A DNA stretch of 32,000 nucleotides from Pyrodictium abyssi (GTDB lineage: Archaea > Thermoproteota > Thermoprotei_A > Sulfolobales > Pyrodictiaceae). Shown here piece by piece: positions 27,599 to 32,000 of this stretch (position 1 is the stretch's first letter; each line of letters starts with the position of its first letter). Location of the stretch: positions 1,410,001 through 1,442,000 of the forward strand of contig NZ_AP028907.1 in the NCBI RefSeq assembly GCF_036323395.1, written 5' to 3'. The notes under the pieces are model-generated. The model was not told where the DNA came from. It did not search any database and saw only the letters and a list, made by a program, of their open reading frames with translations. The position numbers were made by a program, and so were the translations under genes.

Positions 27599-28062
27599 GG
27601 CTCTCCCGCTGCAGCTGTTAGACCCGTATAGCTCCTTCTACCTAGCCGTCTCCGCAGACACAGCATATATAGTGGAGCCTTGACCCACCAACTCTTGTCG
27701 GCACGAGACGCTTCTAAGCACTGCCGGGCGGGGATGAGGGCTGGGGGCTCCACGAGCCCCCTTCCTAGAGGGCTATGAAGAGGAGTCCCATCACCGACCC
27801 TCTCCTCTCGGGTTTCTCCGTAGCTCGGGTAGATGAGGAGCATTACCATAATAACGCCTCCCGGCGGCTATAGCAATGGTTCCTGGGAATGATGAACTGG
27901 GCCCTTACGGTTGCCCTCCGAAGACTCTCACGAGTCGGTGTGGATGGTTTCGCGCCCTGACCCACAGCACTACATGACGGTGACTATGGTATGCGGGCTA
28001 GGATCGTCGAGTGCAGCAACGCCTCAGGCTCAGTGAGGGCCACGCCATCCCTATGGGACTCA

Positions 28063-29292
28063 ATGGTTAAGATCGTTGCCGTGGCTGCCCGTGGCGGCGG
28101 CGAAGTAGACAATGTTAGGCGGGAGAGTAAGTGCATCCGTGGCCTCCTTAGGGCGTTACAGGGGCTGGGTTACCGTGTTGACTGGGTCTCCTCGACACGT
28201 GTATCGCTGCAGGAGGATGAAGGCCGAGCCCAGGCCAGGATTACTATCAACACTTCGTGTGGCCTGCTTGTGCCGGGCCTAGTGGCTCCACTGGCTGCTG
28301 TACGCCTACCGCCGGGAGGCCAGCTAGTTGTTAGAGGTACTAGCGAATACGTGCTATCGCTCAGCGTGAGGCACGTAATAGAGGCGGTGATAGCAGTAGG
28401 CGGACGGGCATGGCCCGGCGGGGGTCTCTCAAGGCTAGTAGTGGTCGAGCCTAGCGCGTATAGTCCTCGCGGGCGTATAGCCAGGCTGTATAGCCCTCCC
28501 GGCTTTGTAGCTGCCGGCGTCGTTGCCGCGCTCGCCGCGGCAGGCGGTGGCAGGCTAATAGCATATGGCACCGGGGTTAGAGGCACGAAGAGAATGGCTG
28601 CAATGATACACGCCCTTAGGCTTGCCGGCTTCGAGGTAGCAGAGAACAGTGCTGGCGTGCTAGTCACCCCCGCCAGCAGCGGCTCAGGGACGCTAACAGC
28701 GGAGCCAGGCATCCACGAAGCAGCTCTATTGATGGCACTTACCTCTCCATGCATAGGCGGCAAGATACTACTCGAAGGCTTACCAAGCCGGGACGAGGAC
28801 CTATCCGAGCTAGAGTACATACTAAAAGCTACAGGATTCAGCGTAGAAAGGGAGTGCAGTGACGCTTCGTGCAGTCTACGTATAGACTCGTTTGAACCCA
28901 CCTCAACTGTCATAACTGTCCAGGACGACCCCGGCTTCACATTGTTTGGTATAGCTTATACTGCTTCATGGTCTAGGCTAGTCGTCAGCGGGCTACGAGT
29001 TGCAGCACTAGAAGGCCTAGTGGATAACAAACTCGACGTGTTCCTCCAACAGCTCGGCGTCAACGCCTTCTACGAGGACGATGGCGACAAGCTCGTGGCT
29101 GAAGCCGAAGAACCCAGAGAGCCTAGGAGAAGACTTCTCGAATGCAGCGAGCCGGCGTACTGCGTAGCTGCATTGGCTAGGCTACTCCGACTTGGAGACG
29201 GCGTAGTAGAGGGCATTGAAAGGATAGATGACGTGGCGCCAGGCGTCTTGGAGGCTCTCCTCTCTCTCGGAGTAGGCGTGGATATAACATAG
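28063..29292 (+). CDS. EPSP synthase/enolpyruvyl transferase-fold protein, strongly diverged
   Basis: Repetitive inner-domain pattern and TVITVQDDPGFTLFGIAYTASWSRLVVSGLRV...DNKLDVFLQQLGVNAFYED resembling the EPSPS vDvSDxPDL...LRxKESDR...LrklGa segment; ORF can extend to 27991. Confidence 0.55.
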   Translation: MVKIVAVAARGGGEVDNVRRESKCIRGLLRALQGLGYRVDWVSSTRVSLQEDEGRAQARITINTSCGLLVPGLVAPLAAVRLPPGGQLVVRGTSEYVLSLSVRHVIEAVIAVGGRAWPGGGLSRLVVVEPSAYSPRGRIARLYSPPGFVAAGVVAALAAAGGGRLIAYGTGVRGTKRMAAMIHALRLAGFEVAENSAGVLVTPASSGSGTLTAEPGIHEAALLMALTSPCIGGKILLEGLPSRDEDLSELEYILKATGFSVERECSDASCSLRIDSFEPTSTVITVQDDPGFTLFGIAYTASWSRLVVSGLRVAALEGLVDNKLDVFLQQLGVNAFYEDDGDKLVAEAEEPREPRRRLLECSEPAYCVAALARLLRLGDGVVEGIERIDDVAPGVLEALLSLGVGVDIT

Positions 29293-29359
29293 AATAACAT
29301 AGAAACGAACTATTATTGAGATATCGCGGTATCGACAACTGGTGCAGGTAAAAACGGTT

Positions 29360-29851
29360 TTAGCTAGACGGCATAAATGTATACCCTTCCATACTGCGTA
29401 GCTTAGAGCTGAATGTTGCTATCTTCTGTATACGGAGCTTTTCTGCCACTGCCAGCGTTATTGCGTCGCTGAGGCTTAGGTCATGCTTCTTTGCCAGCTC
29501 TACCGCTTTTGCTATGTCGTCCATACCCACTGTGTAGACTGTGAGCCTCCCGGTCCTGCTTAGCTGGGATAGGTATGCTGCTAGCTTCTCTACGGCTTCT
29601 AGGGCCTTGGCCCTTACATCCTTGTTGGATGCTAGCTTCTCTATGCTCTCTGCCACGCTTGCCCCGGTGGCAGCACTTGCAGCAGCTACAGCAGCCTTGG
29701 ATAGCGCCTCGACTACTGCTGTGCTCGGTATCACAAGGTCTTCGCTGCCCTCTTCGGCACGGCTGAATATGTTGACCGCGAAGTCTGCACCGGTCTTGCC
29801 TAGTAGGAGCCTTATGAGGACTGTAGAGTCTACCAGTATTGGGCCGACCAT
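29360..29851 (-). CDS. vapC: PIN-domain toxin/ribonuclease (VapC-like)
   Basis: ILVDSTVLIRLLLG, VIPSTAVVEAL, HDLSLSDAITLAVAEKL, KIATFSSKL: acidic PIN residues present. Confidence 0.82.
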   Translation of the reverse strand: MVGPILVDSTVLIRLLLGKTGADFAVNIFSRAEEGSEDLVIPSTAVVEALSKAAVAAASAATGASVAESIEKLASNKDVRAKALEAVEKLAAYLSQLSRTGRLTVYTVGMDDIAKAVELAKKHDLSLSDAITLAVAEKLRIQKIATFSSKLRSMEGYTFMPSS

Positions 29852-29874
29852 CGTGCTACACCTCCATCATACTC

Positions 29875-30096
29875 TTAGCCTGGGAGAACAAACTTGTCGA
29901 TCTCCTCGGCCTCGATACTAGCTTCTATGAGGCCGCGGAGCTTCTTGACGTCTGGCGCCTTGGAGTAGTATATGAAGAGCTTCATAGCCTCCCTGATGGC
30001 CTCGCTCCTTGATAGGCCGTGCTCCTGTGCTACTCTATCAAACTCCCGTAGCAGCTCCTGTGGGACGCGGACGTAGATGGCCGACGCTGTGCTCAA
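29875..30096 (-). CDS. vapB: ribbon-helix-helix antitoxin (VapB-like)
   Basis: IYVRVPQELLREFDRVAQEHGLSRSEAIREAMKLFI, CopG/RHH pattern; immediately upstream of the PIN gene. Confidence 0.82.
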   Translation of the reverse strand: MSTASAIYVRVPQELLREFDRVAQEHGLSRSEAIREAMKLFIYYSKAPDVKKLRGLIEASIEAEEIDKFVLPG

Positions 30097-30099
30097 GGA

Positions 30100-30180
30100 T
30101 CAATCACCTATAATGTTTTCATTGCCTTCTTGCTCGGGTATAGAGGAGAGGGCAAACCCAATATATATCTTTTTTATACA
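30100..30180 (-). promoter_or_regulatory. AT-rich promoter region for vapBC
   Basis: Minus-strand TATAAAAAAGATATATATTGGG upstream of the RHH gene in a GC-rich background. Confidence 0.5.
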
Positions 30181-30289
30181 AGCAGCGATCCAATGTCTTA
30201 ACCCTTGTTTAAGATGCTGTGCTGGAGGCCGCCGACCTGGACGCAAAAATATAGGAGAACCGCGTGGACGCCGGTGCTGGGAGAGAGCC

Positions 30290-30496
30290 ATGCCCGTGAG
30301 CCGCAAGTACACGGCCTATAGGAAGGCGCTAGAACAGCTCAAGCTCCGCCAGCTAGACGTATTCAGGTACAAGGGCTACGACGAAATAAGAGTACTAACA
30401 CCGGATAACAAGGTGGTATTGATAAAGCTGCCAAAACACCGCGAAGAAATGACCATCGACGAGTTCATAGAGCATGTAAAGAAGTCGATAGCTTGA
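30290..30496 (+). CDS. small hypothetical protein (68 aa)
   Basis: MPVSRKYTAYRKALEQLKLRQLDVFRYKGYDEIRVLTPDNKVVLIKLPKHREEMTIDEFIEHVKKSIA; TATA-like AAAAATATA about 45 nt upstream. Confidence 0.65.
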   Translation: MPVSRKYTAYRKALEQLKLRQLDVFRYKGYDEIRVLTPDNKVVLIKLPKHREEMTIDEFIEHVKKSIA

Positions 30497-30549
30497 TAAC
30501 ATTCTAGCTAGCTTTATACCCCATTCTTCGACTCACTAACGCCTGGCTA

Positions 30550-31560
30550 TTACCACGCTGGGGCGGTCTTACCCTTCACCGCCCTACTGCTATCACGTGC
30601 ATACCTTAAGCAATTTTGTATACCCTTCCGTGGTACTAGCTCTGGGCATCTCTCTATAGTGAAGCTGCACCTCCCCGACAAGTAGTCATCTAGGCTGCAG
30701 GGCTCTACGCGTACACGGTTTTCCTGAAGGACGCAGCGGGGCCCCGCGTACCGGAATATCTCTGGGTGAATTTCCACGAGCTTGTCATAGACGTTCCATG
30801 CCAGCATGCGTATCTCCCACTGAGCATGGCTACACATCCTAAGCGGTAGGAAGCTTTCAAGGAGCTCCCGCGCGTTCATGGTGAAGACTACCCGTGTACG
30901 GACAGCATGTGGTAGCACAAACCGCGCGTCCTCTCTCGGTACTCCTTTGGCAAGCATCTCGTAGTAGGCAGCAGTAGCGTTGAGATGTATGCGTACCTGC
31001 TGGAGGACCGTGTCCATGCTCCACCTCGGGTTTATCACATAGGCTCTGCTAACAGCTGCCACAATCCCGTCAACATGTGCTCCGTTACTCTCCCCTGCCA
31101 GTATTTGCTGTACTGCGTCGGCAGCCCGGCTTAGAGCCATGCTGTAGATGCTGTAGTCTACACTACTGCCCGGCTTCTCCGGACAGTTAACCCCGAGTAT
31201 GCTGCATATCTCCAGCACCATGCTTCTCAAGAATCCTTCTGTATACCTCATACTCTGCTGTGTATAGCTTGCTATCCGGTGGCGAACGAGCTGGTGGCTA
31301 CATACACGGCTGCAGACAGCCTCGAAAGTGTACACGGCGTGCTCTAGGGGGCTTCCATGCCCTCTACGTACAAGTTCACGTATCCATTTCTCGATATCGC
31401 TAGGCTGCATTTCCCAGGCCTTTTCCACCGGCTTCTTCGAGACTGTTATCCTGGCAGCTGCAGCGGCAAGGCGCGGAGCGTCACGGGTATATGAGATAAG
31501 CTTGACGCTAACCGGCGGCGCGATAGATGCTCTGCTAGTCGTTGCCTCTAATAGAGGCAT
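30550..31560 (-). CDS. thyX: flavin-dependent thymidylate synthase
   Basis: ThyX motif RHRIASYTQQSMRY; HGSPLEHAVYTFE; RLPLRMCSHAQWEIRMLA-like substrate-site segment (FLPLRMCSHAQWEIR). Confidence 0.95.
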   Translation of the reverse strand: MPLLEATTSRASIAPPVSVKLISYTRDAPRLAAAAARITVSKKPVEKAWEMQPSDIEKWIRELVRRGHGSPLEHAVYTFEAVCSRVCSHQLVRHRIASYTQQSMRYTEGFLRSMVLEICSILGVNCPEKPGSSVDYSIYSMALSRAADAVQQILAGESNGAHVDGIVAAVSRAYVINPRWSMDTVLQQVRIHLNATAAYYEMLAKGVPREDARFVLPHAVRTRVVFTMNARELLESFLPLRMCSHAQWEIRMLAWNVYDKLVEIHPEIFRYAGPRCVLQENRVRVEPCSLDDYLSGRCSFTIERCPELVPRKGIQNCLRYARDSSRAVKGKTAPAW

Positions 31561-31679
31561 CTAGGCCCCGAAAAGTAGTACTGCAGTAAAACAGTGAGCG
31601 GAGAACTAAGACCCACGAGATAGTGATAAGCACCCTCACAGTTTTAATAGTGTATTCGCGGGGCTCGGCGTTACTACCC

Positions 31680-32000
31680 CTACATTTCGCATGTCTTACA
31701 TGTACTGTTCTCTGTGAGCTCTACTACTACCTCGCCCGTATCTGTTCGTGCTTCTTTTACCTCGAACAACTCCCTAGCTCTTCCATCCATCTCAAGCTCC
31801 TCTGGCCTAGCTCTTTTCCTTAAGTGCATCATCCTCATCTTCCGGCGTGGCTGCTCTTGGCTCTTCTTGCGCCGCCTTATAGGCTTGGTTGACAAGCTCT
31901 TCTGCTCGCCGCCGAAGTAGATTACCTGGAGGCCCTTGCTGCCGTCGCGGTAGACGGTTACACCCTTCAGGCCGCCCAGCCAGGCCACTAGGTAGGCGGT
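31680..32000 (-). CDS. nrdJ: adenosylcobalamin-dependent (class II) ribonucleotide reductase, C-terminal fragment; gene continues beyond the window
   Basis: In frame to the window edge: [24 protein letters not shown]...STCKTCEM*; [10 protein letters not shown] and the C-terminal CxxC are typical. Confidence 0.85.
   Translation of the reverse strand, partial: TAYLVAWLGGLKGVTVYRDGSKGLQVIYFGGEQKSLSTKPIRRRKKSQEQPRRKMRMMHLRKRARPEELEMDGRARELFEVKEARTDTGEVVVELTENSTCKTCEM

Noticed and set aside
28170-28940. 256-aa minus-strand ORF
   Set aside because: Antisense to the EPSPS-like gene, Ser/Thr/Pro-rich, no recognisable motif.
1-32000. CRISPR array, integrated virus or transposon
   Set aside because: No regularly spaced repeats, cas genes, transposase or integrase motifs were seen; the only mobile-type signal is the tRNA intron endonuclease.

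Overview
Gene-dense, GC-rich archaeal window. TATA-type promoters, aEF-2, crenarchaeal-type short XPF and class II RNR point to a hyperthermophilic crenarchaeon near Pyrodictium/Hyperthermus (inference; no database used). Most of the window is housekeeping: cytidine deaminase, GatB, GcvT, a tetrapyrrole cluster (hemL-hemC-cobA-hemD), aEF-2, XPF nuclease, an rRNA/tRNA m5C methyltransferase, RNase HII, a ClC channel, an ABC exporter, VapBC, ThyX and the C-terminus of a B12-dependent RNR. The most unusual feature is a tRNA-Gln(TTG) gene (exons 4762-4799 and 5527-5564). It is interrupted at 37/38 by a 727-nt intron with a clear bulge-helix-bulge. The intron is closed by an extended inverted-repeat stem and carries, on the opposite strand, a LAGLIDADG homing endonuclease gene that appears split by a frameshift. 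Secondary targets are an atypical kinase-like protein, a diverged EPSP-synthase-like protein, a phosphatase-like protein with a lost Cys/Arg loop, a 53-aa C2H2 zinc-finger ORF missing from the ORF track, and several structured intergenic RNA candidates. No CRISPR array, rRNA or transposon was seen.
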